Shown here: positions 1-8,887 of the stretch, piece after piece | Position numbering within the stretch: the first letter of the stretch is position 1 | Layout of the letters: each line of letters begins with the position of its first letter | Assembly: GCF_000016745.1 (NCBI RefSeq) | Contig: NC_009483.1 | Coordinates: 3,240,001-3,272,000, forward strand | DNA from: Geotalea uraniireducens Rf4 | GTDB lineage: Bacteria > Desulfobacterota > Desulfuromonadia > Geobacterales > Geobacteraceae | DNA: 32,000 bases | Reading direction: 5' to 3' | The notes under the pieces: generated by a model | What the model was told of the DNA's origin: nothing | Database searches by the model: none | What the model saw: the letters and a program-made list of their open reading frames with translations, nothing else | Made by a program: the position numbers and the translations under genes

Positions 1-2
1 AA

Positions 3-197
3 ATTGCCAAAAAGGACAACGATGAGGCCCTCGCTGCCGTCAAGAAATCCGGCCGGTCACAGCTGATCGCCCTGACCCCCCAGGAGCGGGCAGCTTGGAA
101 GAAGTCCATGGACAAGGCCCACAAGGAACATACGGGGCGTATCGGCGCCGACCTGGTGAAAGAGGTTTACGCAGCCACCGGCTACAACCCGAACTAA
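3..197 (+). CDS. dctP: TRAP transporter solute-binding subunit (DctP-type), C-terminal fragment cut by the window edge
   Basis: The open frame from position 3 reads IAKKDNDEALAAVKKSGRSQLIALTPQERAAWKKSMDKAHKEHTGRIGADLVKEVYAATGYNPN and ends at TAA 195-197. It is followed by a terminator, and dctQ/dctM lie downstream once the IS is discounted. Identity rests mainly on this context. Confidence 0.55.
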   Translation: MAKKDNDEALAAVKKSGRSQLIALTPQERAAWKKSMDKAHKEHTGRIGADLVKEVYAATGYNPN

Positions 198-222
198 CGA
201 TCTACTGAGGCTCCATCAGTGC

Positions 223-253
223 AGGCCGCTGCGGCCACCGCAGCGGCCTTTTT
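223..253 (+). terminator. Rho-independent terminator or attenuator hairpin after dctP
   Basis: A 12-bp perfect stem aggccgctgcgg / ccgcagcggcct with a 3-nt loop is followed by TTTTT. Confidence 0.7.
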
Positions 254-267
254 AACGACCTTTTTAG

Positions 268-1784
268 TACTACTCCGACACATAGCTTGATATAATCTGT
301 TTCATGTGATAATCTCTGCGAATGACAACAGAGATCGTTTTCCCCGGCATCGAAGAATATATGGCTCCCTATTATGGCTATTTCCATCGGTCAGAGAGCC
401 GTGAACTGGCAGAATGTTACTTGGCCGGCCTGCTCATGGACGGTGAGCGCAAGTCAGTTGAACCCATGTCAGAGAAGGTAAACGCATCTGAACGAAGTAT
501 GCAGCGCCTCCTTTCGACTGCCAAATGGGACGATCAACTTGTTGCTGAGCAATTCCGCCGTTCCATGCTTGACGTCACTTCCGACCCGCAGGGGATCCTG
601 GTTCTTGATGATACCGGGTTCCCTAAGAAAGGGTACGACAGTGTATGTGTTGCCCGGCAATACTGCGGTGCATCAGGCAAGACTGACAACTGTCAGATTG
701 GCGTAAGCATGACGTATGTCGGCAGAGATGTCGCCTGGCCATATGCCATGGAACTGTTCGTCCCGGAATCCTGGGATCAGCAAAATGATGATTGCACCGC
801 AAAGCGTAAAAAGGCTCACATGCCGGAGTCAGTGCACCATAAGTCAAAATGGCGCATGGCACTTGATTTTGTTGACCTGGCCCGAAAAGACAATGTTCCC
901 CATCGTGCAGTCCTTGCTGACAGCTGGTATGGCAACATTCCGGAGTTTCGCAAGGAGCTTGAGTCCCGCAGTGAAAATTACATCCTGGGAGCTTACTCCA
1001 ACACCCCGGTATTTCTTGAGGAGCCGGTCTTTGAAATTGCGCCAGTCAAAGAGCATAAGCGAGGGCGTCCACGAACTCGCCCTAAGGTAGTCTCCACAAA
1101 CCCCGAACCGGTCAAGCTGTCGGTACTGGGCGAAAGCATTGCCGATGATGCATGGCAACGGCTAGAATTGAGGCTCAATTCCAAGGACAAGCCACTTGTT
1201 GCAGAGGCCGTCTCAATGAGAGTGTGGCCGGCTCACGGATGGCGGCAGGGCAATCATCATGAACAAGTCTGGCTCCTGATAGAGCGCCGCCCCCTGAACC
1301 TGGGTGGATACGAGCTTCGCTATTTCTTCAGCAATATGCCGCAGCATCTGGCAACGATTGACCTTGCCCGCCTCTACCATGAACGTTATTGGATAGAGCA
1401 TGGCTATCAACAGCTAAAGGAAGAGCTTGGCCTTGATCACCATGAAGGGCGCTCATGGAGCGGATGGCATCGACATGTGCTCCTGACGTCCCTGGCATAT
1501 GGCTATCTGACACTGTTGCGTTTGCAGCAAAAAAAACAGAAGAGTGCGACAGCGCGGAGCAACTGGATTCAGAAAAAATCGACACTGGCCAACGACGCTT
1601 TGTTCTGAAAACCAAACACCTGGAAAAGTGGCGCCATCGTTGCTGTTCTCTTCGTTCCTCTGAGCGATGGAGGCGGAGGCAACGACTCAAAGGCATGCCG
1701 TCCTTGCCTGACATCAGGCATCAGATTGCAAAGCTTCTGGTGCGAATATTGAAATGTTAAAGAACTATATGTGTCGGAGTAGTA
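268..1784 (+). mobile_element. IS701-family insertion sequence, complete
   Basis: Perfect 17-bp terminal inverted repeats: tactactccgacacata at 268-284 and tatgtgtcggagtagta at 1768-1784. These are flanked by a direct TTAG at 264-267 and 1785-1788. The element contains a single DDE transposase ORF. Confidence 0.85.
322..1608 (+). CDS. IS701-family DDE transposase
   Basis: 428-aa ORF. DDE-type motifs are LVLDDTGFPKKG, VLADSWYG and YHERYWIEHGYQQLK (the Y-2-R-3-E-6-K signature). The N-terminus, MAPYYGYFHRSESRELAECYLAGLL, is typical of this family. Confidence 0.85.
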   Translation: MTTEIVFPGIEEYMAPYYGYFHRSESRELAECYLAGLLMDGERKSVEPMSEKVNASERSMQRLLSTAKWDDQLVAEQFRRSMLDVTSDPQGILVLDDTGFPKKGYDSVCVARQYCGASGKTDNCQIGVSMTYVGRDVAWPYAMELFVPESWDQQNDDCTAKRKKAHMPESVHHKSKWRMALDFVDLARKDNVPHRAVLADSWYGNIPEFRKELESRSENYILGAYSNTPVFLEEPVFEIAPVKEHKRGRPRTRPKVVSTNPEPVKLSVLGESIADDAWQRLELRLNSKDKPLVAEAVSMRVWPAHGWRQGNHHEQVWLLIERRPLNLGGYELRYFFSNMPQHLATIDLARLYHERYWIEHGYQQLKEELGLDHHEGRSWSGWHRHVLLTSLAYGYLTLLRLQQKKQKSATARSNWIQKKSTLANDALF

Positions 1785-1876
1785 TTAGTAAGTTAGAAGT
1801 TATTTGTTGCGCTTCACCAGCAAAAAATAACTTCGTTAACGCACTTATCCCGTTTATCGGGGCTAGGAGAACCCCC

Positions 1877-2545
1877 ATGAAATACCTCGACCACCTTGAG
1901 GAAATCATCATCACCTTCCTCATCGGCGCTGCGACCTGCATTATTGCTGTCGCCGTAGCGCACCGCTATTTATCGGGCATTCCCATCCCCGGTATGCAGG
2001 ACTGGCTGCTCACCGTCAACATGAGCTGGGCCCAGGAGTTGTGCATCTACATGTTCGTCTGGATGGCCAAATTCGGCGCTGCCTACGGCGTGCGTACCGG
2101 CATCCACGTCGGCGTGGATGTGCTGGTCAACCGGCTGCCCGAAACCTGGCGTCTGAAGTGCGTCCTGCTTGGGATTGCCGGCGGCGCACTCTTCACCGGC
2201 CTGATCGGCACCCTCGGCGCACGCTTCGTATGGGAGAACGGCATGCATTACGCCGTGTTCAGCAAACTTGCAATGGACCTCACGGAGCTGATCGAGGGGC
2301 CGGTCACACCGGACCTCGAGTGGCCCACCTGGATCATCTACTCTGCCGTTCCGCTCGGCTCCTACCTGATGTGTTTCCGCTTCCTGCAGGTCGGCTGGAC
2401 TTTCTTCCGCACCGGCGAGCTGCCCCATCACGATCACACCCATGTGGATGGCCTCGAAGAAGAAGTCGTCGACGAAACCGAAGCGCTTGAGGAGTTTGAA
2501 GTGCATAAATTTGAAAAACAGGAAAAAGATGGAGGTGCCAAATGA
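1877..2545 (+). CDS. dctQ: TRAP transporter small permease subunit DctQ
   Basis: ATG at 1877 is preceded by the RBS aggaga. The product is a 222-aa multi-TM protein (MKYLDHLEEIIITFLIGAATCIIAV...). Its stop overlaps the dctM start (ATGA). Confidence 0.85.
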   Translation: MKYLDHLEEIIITFLIGAATCIIAVAVAHRYLSGIPIPGMQDWLLTVNMSWAQELCIYMFVWMAKFGAAYGVRTGIHVGVDVLVNRLPETWRLKCVLLGIAGGALFTGLIGTLGARFVWENGMHYAVFSKLAMDLTELIEGPVTPDLEWPTWIIYSAVPLGSYLMCFRFLQVGWTFFRTGELPHHDHTHVDGLEEEVVDETEALEEFEVHKFEKQEKDGGAK

Positions 2546-3921
2546 GTTCTGCTGTAGCTGGCTGGGAGCAGTTTTCCAAGAAAAAGGCGGCTACCTGGCT
2601 GATCGGCATTGCCGCCGCACTCGGGGCCATCGCTCTGCTCGGCAGCACCGGAATCGTCTTTGCGCTGTTGCTGGCACTGATGCTGACCGGCATGCCGATT
2701 TCCATCGCCCTCGGTCTCACCGTTCTTTCGTTCCTGTTCTTCTTTGCCGATGTGCCGACTGAAGCGGTGGCGATGAAACTCTTCACCGGCATTGAGAAGT
2801 TCGAGATCATGGCGATCCCCTTCTTTATCCTGGCGGGGAATTTCCTGACCCACGGCGGTGTTGCCAAACGGATGATCAATTTCGCCACCTCCATAGTGGG
2901 GCACTGGCACGGCGGCCTGGCCCTGGCCGGCGTCGTGGCATGCGCACTGTTTGCTGCGGTGTCCGGTTCCAGCCCGGCCACGGTCGTGGCCATCGGCTCC
3001 ATCATGATGCCGGCGATGGTGAAGGCAGGTTTCCCAAAACGTTTCGGAGCCGGTGTCATCACCACCTCCGGATCGCTGGGCATCCTGATTCCACCATCGA
3101 TCCCGATGGTGATCTATTGCGTGGCCACCAACTCGTCGGTGGGTGCCCTCTTCATGGGGGGCGTTATTCCCGGCCTGATGCTGGCCACCCTGCTGGGCCT
3201 GGTTGCCTGGTATCTTGCCCGGAAGAACAACTACCCGCGGATGCCCAAGGCCACGACGGCTCAACGCATCAAGGCCTTCCGGGAGAGCGTCTGGGGGCTG
3301 CTGCTAATCGTGATCGTCCTGGGCGGCATCTACAGCGGCATGTTCACCCCCACCGAAGCAGCTGCCATGAGTGCGGTATATGCTTTTATCATCGCCGTGT
3401 TCGTCTACCGCGACGTCCCGTTCAAGAAGATCCCCAAGGTGCTGCTAGACTCGGCCAGCATGTCGGCCATGCTGCTCTATATCATTACCAACGCGGTGCT
3501 ATTCTCCTTCCTGATGACCCACGAGAACATCCCCCAGATCATGGCCGACTGGATCCTCGGCCATAACCTCGGCGTGGTCTCCTTCCTGCTGGTCACCAAC
3601 GTGCTGCTCCTCCTGGCCGGCAACGTGATGGAGCCCTCCTCCATCATCCTGATCCTGGCGCCGATCCTGTTCCCGGTGGCAATGCAGCTCGGTATCGATC
3701 CGATCCACTTCGGCGTCCTGATCACGGTGAACATGGAAGTCGGCATGTGTCATCCGCCGGTAGGTTTGAACCTGTACGTGGCCAGCGGCATCACCAAGAT
3801 GGGGATATCGGAGCTGACGCTGGCGGTCATGCCGTGGCTTCTCGCCATGGTGGGATTCATGCTGCTGGTAACCTATGTGCCGGCGATATCGTTGTGGCTG
3901 CCGCGAATGCTGGGATACTGA
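2542..3921 (+). CDS. dctM: TRAP transporter large permease subunit DctM
   Basis: 459-aa polytopic membrane protein with typical DctM blocks (MAIPFFILAGNFL, SGSSPATVVAIGSIMMPAM, GVLITVNMEVGMCHPPVGLNLYV). It is coupled to dctQ. Confidence 0.9.
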   Translation: MSSAVAGWEQFSKKKAATWLIGIAAALGAIALLGSTGIVFALLLALMLTGMPISIALGLTVLSFLFFFADVPTEAVAMKLFTGIEKFEIMAIPFFILAGNFLTHGGVAKRMINFATSIVGHWHGGLALAGVVACALFAAVSGSSPATVVAIGSIMMPAMVKAGFPKRFGAGVITTSGSLGILIPPSIPMVIYCVATNSSVGALFMGGVIPGLMLATLLGLVAWYLARKNNYPRMPKATTAQRIKAFRESVWGLLLIVIVLGGIYSGMFTPTEAAAMSAVYAFIIAVFVYRDVPFKKIPKVLLDSASMSAMLLYIITNAVLFSFLMTHENIPQIMADWILGHNLGVVSFLLVTNVLLLLAGNVMEPSSIILILAPILFPVAMQLGIDPIHFGVLITVNMEVGMCHPPVGLNLYVASGITKMGISELTLAVMPWLLAMVGFMLLVTYVPAISLWLPRMLGY

Positions 3922-4024
3922 TCACTTCTGTGACGCAGCTTCAACCAGCTTGGTGTTCCAAAGAGAGTAACCGTATAAGTGTTCAGGAATTTCAGATGAA
4001 CGCAATGAAAGGAAAGGGAAGGAA

Positions 4025-4231
4025 ATGAAATGGATCGCTGCGAAGGATGGTCTGCCGAATGCGTCTGAACGCGTTCTCCTTTTCACTCCGTATCAGATTT
4101 TCGGAGATGATCACGCGTGCGTAGGAAACAAGGAGAGCATCACGACCTGTACTGCCAGAATAAACGGGAAGCTGGTACCCATATTTACCCACTGGATGCC
4201 GCTGCCGCCAAAACCGGAGCAGCACTCCTGA
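4025..4231 (+). CDS. Small DUF551-like protein (a phage-associated family)
   Basis: 68-aa ORF with a strong RBS (gaaagggaaggaaATG). WIAAKDGLPNASERVLLF ... THWMPLPPKPE matches my memory of the DUF551 pattern (WISVxDxLPE ... WMPLPxPP). Confidence 0.55.
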   Translation: MKWIAAKDGLPNASERVLLFTPYQIFGDDHACVGNKESITTCTARINGKLVPIFTHWMPLPPKPEQHS

Positions 4232-4313
4232 TGCCGGGCTTCGCAGTGCGGCACAATCATCAATGTAACTGATGCTGGAAGAGCACATACTGCCATGTGT
4301 GCTCCTTTCGAGG

Positions 4314-4340
4314 CCGGGGGAGCAATCCCCCGGTTTTTTT
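4314..4340 (+). terminator. Rho-independent terminator
   Basis: ccggggg-agcaa-tcccccgg followed by TTTTTTT. Confidence 0.7.
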
Positions 4341-4389
4341 ATCCGGCGGCCGACCAATTATCGACTATTGACAACAGAGGAATATCGTC

Positions 4390-5676
4390 GTGTTAACCGC
4401 ACTCATTGTTATCTTCATCATCGCCTATACCGCCATTGCCCTGGAGCATCCGATCAAAATCAACAAGTCCGCATCAGCCTTGATAGCCGCCGGACTTTTG
4501 TGGACCATATATGCCCTGTCGACAGGCGATCACAATCTGGTCGGCAAGCAGCTTGAGGAATCGTTGACGGGCACAGCCCAGATCGTCTTCTTCCTGATGG
4601 GGGCCATGACCATTGTCGAGGTGGTGGACGCCCACAACGGCTTCAATGTGATCACCTCACGCATCAGGACCACCAGTCTCACCTCGCTCCTCTGGCTGAT
4701 AGGCATCGTCACCTTTTTCCTCAGTTCCGTGCTGGACAACCTGACCACCACCATCGTCATGATCTCGCTGCTGAAGAAACTGCTGGACAGGCACGAGGAC
4801 CGGCTCTTCTTCGCCGGCATCATCGTCATCGCCGCCAATGCCGGCGGCGCCTGGTCCCCCATCGGCGACGTCACCACCACCATGCTCTGGATCGGTGGAC
4901 AGATCACCACCCTGGCCATCATGAAGGGGGTGTTTCTCGCATCGTTCCTCAACATGGTCGTGCCTCTGGCTGTCACCAGCTATTTTCTGAGAGGGAGGCA
5001 GGTAATCAGCCCATCCAAAAACGAGGAGCATGGCCACCGCACCAGAACCTCACCGTTCGAGCAGAATCTGATGTTTGCCATGGGGATCGGCATACTGGTC
5101 TGCGTGCCGATCTTCAAGACCGTAACCCACCTGCCGCCATTTATGAGTATTCTGTTCGGCCTGGGTATCCTCTGGCTCGTGGGGGAAGTGGTGCACAGCA
5201 AGAAAGACGAAGAAGCAAAGGAGCACCTCACGCTGGTACGTGCTCTCAAGCAGATCGACATGAGTTCCATCGTCTTCTTTATCGGTATCCTGCTGGCTGT
5301 GGCAACTCTCGAGCATAGCCACATCCTGACCAATCTCGCCAGGTTGCTCGACCAGACCGTGGGGCGTCAGGATGTCATCGTCACGATAATCGGCATGATC
5401 AGTGCCATAGTGGATAACGTGCCGCTGGTTGCCGCTTCAATGGGAATGTACAGCCTGGCCCAGTTCCCGACCGACAGCTTCCTCTGGGAGTTCATAGCCT
5501 ACTGCGCCGGCACAGGGGGGTCAATATTGATCATCGGTTCGGCAGCAGGGGTAGCAGCCATGGGGTTGGAAAAAATACATTTTTTCTGGTACGTGAAGAA
5601 AATCAGTGGATTGGCACTGGTTGGCTACTTTGCAGGAATTGCCACATATATAGTTCAGTACAGACTCTTTCACTGA
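4390..5676 (+). CDS. nhaD: NhaD-family Na+/H+ antiporter
   Basis: 428-aa polytopic protein with a GTG start after the RBS agagga. AANAGGAWSPIGDVTTTMLWIGG and the C-terminal GSAAGVAAMG blocks are characteristic of NhaD/ArsB-superfamily antiporters. Confidence 0.8.
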   Translation: MLTALIVIFIIAYTAIALEHPIKINKSASALIAAGLLWTIYALSTGDHNLVGKQLEESLTGTAQIVFFLMGAMTIVEVVDAHNGFNVITSRIRTTSLTSLLWLIGIVTFFLSSVLDNLTTTIVMISLLKKLLDRHEDRLFFAGIIVIAANAGGAWSPIGDVTTTMLWIGGQITTLAIMKGVFLASFLNMVVPLAVTSYFLRGRQVISPSKNEEHGHRTRTSPFEQNLMFAMGIGILVCVPIFKTVTHLPPFMSILFGLGILWLVGEVVHSKKDEEAKEHLTLVRALKQIDMSSIVFFIGILLAVATLEHSHILTNLARLLDQTVGRQDVIVTIIGMISAIVDNVPLVAASMGMYSLAQFPTDSFLWEFIAYCAGTGGSILIIGSAAGVAAMGLEKIHFFWYVKKISGLALVGYFAGIATYIVQYRLFH

Positions 5677-5677
5677 A

Positions 5678-5869
5678 CCTAAAACCGGCAGTTGGAAGCG
5701 CCCGAAGAGAGTGACTTTGGACTATTTCGTTGCTGCTCTTGGCGAAATGAAGCGTTAACAGTCGATATTGTCTGAACCCAAAGGGTGAGTTTATCGGCTG
5801 TAGCGTAATGAGCAGCAGAAATAGGACATTCGGAGCGAAAGTAGGGGGCTTTCAACTGCCGAATCCAGG
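5678..5869. repeat. Long imperfect palindromic intergenic element, copy A
   Basis: Termini cctaaaaccggcagttggaagc (5678-) and gctttcaactgccgaatccagg (-5869) are inverted repeats. Inner arms ggactatttcgttgctgctc / gagcagcagaaataggac also pair. The termini resemble those of the elements at 8888-9052 and 21146-21313. Confidence 0.5.
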
Positions 5870-5890
5870 CTGAAACGCCCCTGGACGCAC

Positions 5891-5922
5891 GGCGCCCCAC
5901 CAGAATTTCCTGGTGGGGCGCC
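5891..5922. terminator. 13-bp GC-rich hairpin between convergent nhaD and the dehydrogenase gene
   Basis: ggcgccccaccag-aatttc-ctggtggggcgcc. There is no clean U-tract on either strand, so the terminator role is only likely. Confidence 0.5.
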
Positions 5923-5967
5923 GTATGGTTTTATTGCCGGCGCTGGCCGGCAGATGCAACGACTGGA

Positions 5968-6960
5968 TCAGCTTGCCGGAGCCAGATATTGACCATTCAC
6001 CACATTTATCGGGGAACCGCCCAGAAAGGAAGCCACATTTGCGGCCACGATATCCATCAGCCGCCGACGGGCGGCCAGAGAAGCCCAGGCGATATGCGGG
6101 GTAAAGATACAATTGGGTGCGGACAAGAGCGGATTTTCCGCCAGCATCGGTTCATGGGCAACCACATCCAGAGCGGCACCGGCAATCTGTCCGGAGCGTA
6201 ATGCATGGGCAAGATCGGCCTCGTTCACCAACCCTCCCCGCGCCACATTGATCAGGAAGGCCCCGGGCTTCATGCACCCCAGCAGGCGGGAGTTGACGAA
6301 ACCGGTGTTTTCCGGGGTCTGGGGACAGTTGAGCGTCACCACATCGGCGATGGCGAACAACTCCTCCAGCGGGACGAAACTGACCGGGACCGGGCCGGCG
6401 TCCTGCGGAATACGTGGCGCATAAGCAATCACCCGCATGCCGAAGGCGGCAGCGATACGAGCCACGGCCTTGCCGATCACGCCGTACCCGACGATCCCGA
6501 TCGTCAACCCGTTCAGCTCGACGATCGGCGCCTTCCAGAAGGAATGGTCCGGGCAGCGGATCCACTCACCGGCTTTTACGGCGGCATCGTGTACACCGAC
6601 GTTCACAGCCAACTCCAGCAGCAGTGCAAAGGTTGTCTGGGCCACCGATTCGGTGGAATAGGCCGGGACATTGGAGACCGGAATACCGAGTGCGCCGGCA
6701 GCAGCCACATCGACATTGTTGTAGCCCGTGGCCAATAGCGAGATATACCTGAGTTTCGGCAGGGCTTTCAGGGTGTCGGCATCCAGCTTGACCTTGCTGA
6801 GCAGGATGATCTCCGCGTCCCTGGCGCGCTCCAGCTTGAGCTCAGGCGGGGTGCGATCGTAAATTGTGCAGTCGCCCAGGGACTCCAGCGGAGTCCACGG
6901 GTTGTCGCCGGGGTTAATGGTATAACCGTCCAGAATTGCGATTTTTGCATTATTCGTCAT
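5968..6960 (-). CDS. D-isomer-specific 2-hydroxyacid dehydrogenase (glycerate dehydrogenase / hydroxypyruvate reductase-like)
   Basis: 330 aa, RBS aaggag. Rossmann motif GIVGYGVIGKAV. The family blocks NVARGGLVNEADL and the catalytic-region TPHIAW are present. Confidence 0.85.
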   Translation of the reverse strand: MTNNAKIAILDGYTINPGDNPWTPLESLGDCTIYDRTPPELKLERARDAEIILLSKVKLDADTLKALPKLRYISLLATGYNNVDVAAAGALGIPVSNVPAYSTESVAQTTFALLLELAVNVGVHDAAVKAGEWIRCPDHSFWKAPIVELNGLTIGIVGYGVIGKAVARIAAAFGMRVIAYAPRIPQDAGPVPVSFVPLEELFAIADVVTLNCPQTPENTGFVNSRLLGCMKPGAFLINVARGGLVNEADLAHALRSGQIAGAALDVVAHEPMLAENPLLSAPNCIFTPHIAWASLAARRRLMDIVAANVASFLGGSPINVVNGQYLAPAS

Positions 6961-7006
6961 GCTCGTGTGCTCCTTTATTGAGTTGCCTGCAACAGCATCA
7001 TAACCT

Positions 7007-8854
7007 TCACTCCTGCACCGGCAACGGAAACAACACTTCCTTCCGTTCTTCGGTCAGCGCCAGCACCTGATCGCCATGGCTGTCGGCAACCGTTTTATTG
7101 ATCTGCATCAGTGCATACCAGCGCCGGAAGGCCTCGGCAAAGACGATGGTCATCAGCACCATCAGGATTACTGACATGCCGGCCAGGAGATACAGCCCCT
7201 TGGGGAGGAAGTTTTTGGTGATGTTTAGGTAGCCCGCCCACATGCAGATCGGCATCATGAACAGGCCGGGACCGGCGGTCACCCAGGCGTACTTCGCCTT
7301 GCCGAGCCTGATCAGCATGGTGGTGCCGACAATCAGGGCACAGGTGGCCAGGAGCTGGTTGCTCATGCCGAACAGCGGCCAGATGGTGGAGATGTCGCCG
7401 GTGTAGACCAGGTAGCCCCAGGCCGAGGTGAACAAGGCGCTGGTGACGATGATGCCGGGCTTCCATCCGTTGTCGGCAAATGGCGCGTAGATCTTGCCGA
7501 GCATCTCCTGGAGCAGGTAGCGTCCCACGCGGGTGCCGGCGTCCACGGCGGTCAGGATGAAGACCGCCTCGAACATGATGGCGAAGTGATACCAGTAGGC
7601 CATCATCCCCTTCATGAACGGTACGGCGGAGAAGATGTAGGCCATGCCGACCGCCAGGGAAACGGCGCCGCCGGGGCGCCCCTGGACCTGTTCGCCCACC
7701 TGGGCGGCCAGTACCGGCAGGTTGACCGGCGTCATGTTGAGGGTCGCAAAAACCTTGGGCGCGGCGTTGATGGCAAAATAATCGGCCGGCACCAGCACGC
7801 AGGCGGCGATCAGGGCCATGATGGCGACAAAACCCTCCACCAGCATGGCGCCGTAACCGACAAACAGGATGTCGCGTTCGTTGGCAATCATCTTCGGGGT
7901 GGTGCCGGAGCCGATTATAGCATGGAATCCGGACAGGGCGCCACAGGCAATGGTGATGAAGATGAAGGGAAAGGCAGCGCCGGGGATGATCGGACCGCCG
8001 CCGAAGAAGTAGGAGGAAATGGCCGGCATGTGCAGGTCGGGATGAACGAAGACGATCCCCATGGCCAAAAGGCCGATGGTGCCGATCTTGAGATAGGTGG
8101 AGAGGTAGTCGCGGGGCACCAGCAGGAACCAGACCGGCAGCACCGAGGCGGCAAAGCCGTAGGCCGGGATGATCAGGGCCAGCTGCTTCTTGGAGAAGGT
8201 GAACATGGCTGCCAGGGCCGGGTCGGCGGCAACATAGGGGCCGACGAGGATCGACAGCGCCAGCAGGATCACGCCGATGATGCTCCCCCCCTTGATGTCG
8301 CCGGGGCGGATCTTCTGCATGTAGACGCCCATGATCATGGCGATCGGGATGGTGGCGAAGACGGTGAAGGTCCCCCAAGGGCTGTTGAACATGGCGTTGA
8401 CCACCGCGATGGAGAGTCCGGCCAGGGTCAGGATCAGGATGAAGAGGATCGCGAAGGAGGCCACCTTGCCGGCGACCTTGCCGATCTCGGCCTCGGCGAT
8501 GACCGAGAGACTCTTGCCCTTGTGGCGCACCGATGCAAACAGCACGACGGCATCGTGCACGCCGCCCGCCAGCACCGCCCCGATCAGAATCCAGAGCGCG
8601 CCGGGCAGGAAGCCGAACTGGGCCGCCAGCACCGGTCCGAGCAGCGGTCCGGCAGCTGCGATGGCGGCGAAATGATGACCGAACAGGACATACTTGTTGG
8701 TCTTCATGTAGTCATGGCCATCCTCGTAGGTCACGGCCGGTGTGGCCCGTTCCGGCCGCAGGTTCAAGACCCTGTTGGCCAGGAACAGGCCGTAGAACCG
8801 ATAGCCGATTGCGAAGACACATGCTGCGGCAAAAATGAGTGTTAACGAATTCAT
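7007..8854 (-). CDS. cstA: Carbon starvation protein CstA family transporter (BtsT/CstA-type pyruvate/peptide transporter)
   Basis: 615-aa polytopic protein. The N-terminus AIGYRFYGLFLANRVLNL...HHFAAIAAAGPLLGPVLAAQFG is characteristic of CstA. RBS aaggggga. Confidence 0.9.
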   Translation of the reverse strand: MNSLTLIFAAACVFAIGYRFYGLFLANRVLNLRPERATPAVTYEDGHDYMKTNKYVLFGHHFAAIAAAGPLLGPVLAAQFGFLPGALWILIGAVLAGGVHDAVVLFASVRHKGKSLSVIAEAEIGKVAGKVASFAILFILILTLAGLSIAVVNAMFNSPWGTFTVFATIPIAMIMGVYMQKIRPGDIKGGSIIGVILLALSILVGPYVAADPALAAMFTFSKKQLALIIPAYGFAASVLPVWFLLVPRDYLSTYLKIGTIGLLAMGIVFVHPDLHMPAISSYFFGGGPIIPGAAFPFIFITIACGALSGFHAIIGSGTTPKMIANERDILFVGYGAMLVEGFVAIMALIAACVLVPADYFAINAAPKVFATLNMTPVNLPVLAAQVGEQVQGRPGGAVSLAVGMAYIFSAVPFMKGMMAYWYHFAIMFEAVFILTAVDAGTRVGRYLLQEMLGKIYAPFADNGWKPGIIVTSALFTSAWGYLVYTGDISTIWPLFGMSNQLLATCALIVGTTMLIRLGKAKYAWVTAGPGLFMMPICMWAGYLNITKNFLPKGLYLLAGMSVILMVLMTIVFAEAFRRWYALMQINKTVADSHGDQVLALTEERKEVLFPLPVQE

Positions 8855-8887
8855 CTGAATCCCCCTTTCTTGGTAGACGACATTTAT

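Noticed and set aside
1754-1876. N-terminal extension of the dctQ ORF (263-aa version starting at 1754)
   Set aside because: That ATG lies inside the right end of the IS element and reads across the inverted repeat. The ATG at 1877 has a proper RBS and gives a normal-length DctQ.
2334-3264. 249-aa and 276-aa minus-strand ORFs, plus 208-aa and 106-aa plus-strand ORFs, overlapping dctQ/dctM
   Set aside because: These are shadow ORFs of the TRAP permease genes, with the same compositional artefact. The dctQ/dctM frames carry the recognisable membrane-protein sequences.
5679-6112. 73-aa and 86-aa minus-strand ORFs and a 63-aa plus-strand ORF in the nhaD/dehydrogenase spacer
   Set aside because: They overlap palindromic element A, the GC hairpin and the 3' end of the dehydrogenase gene. 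They carry no translation signals.
7095-8845. Very long alternative ORFs inside cstA: 427 aa on the minus strand at 7095-8378 and 419 aa on the plus strand at 7586-8845
   Set aside because: They lie entirely within the well-supported cstA frame. Their translations are Arg/Gly/His/Pro/Asp-rich low-complexity strings, typical of off-frame reading of high-GC coding DNA. They have no RBS and no motifs.
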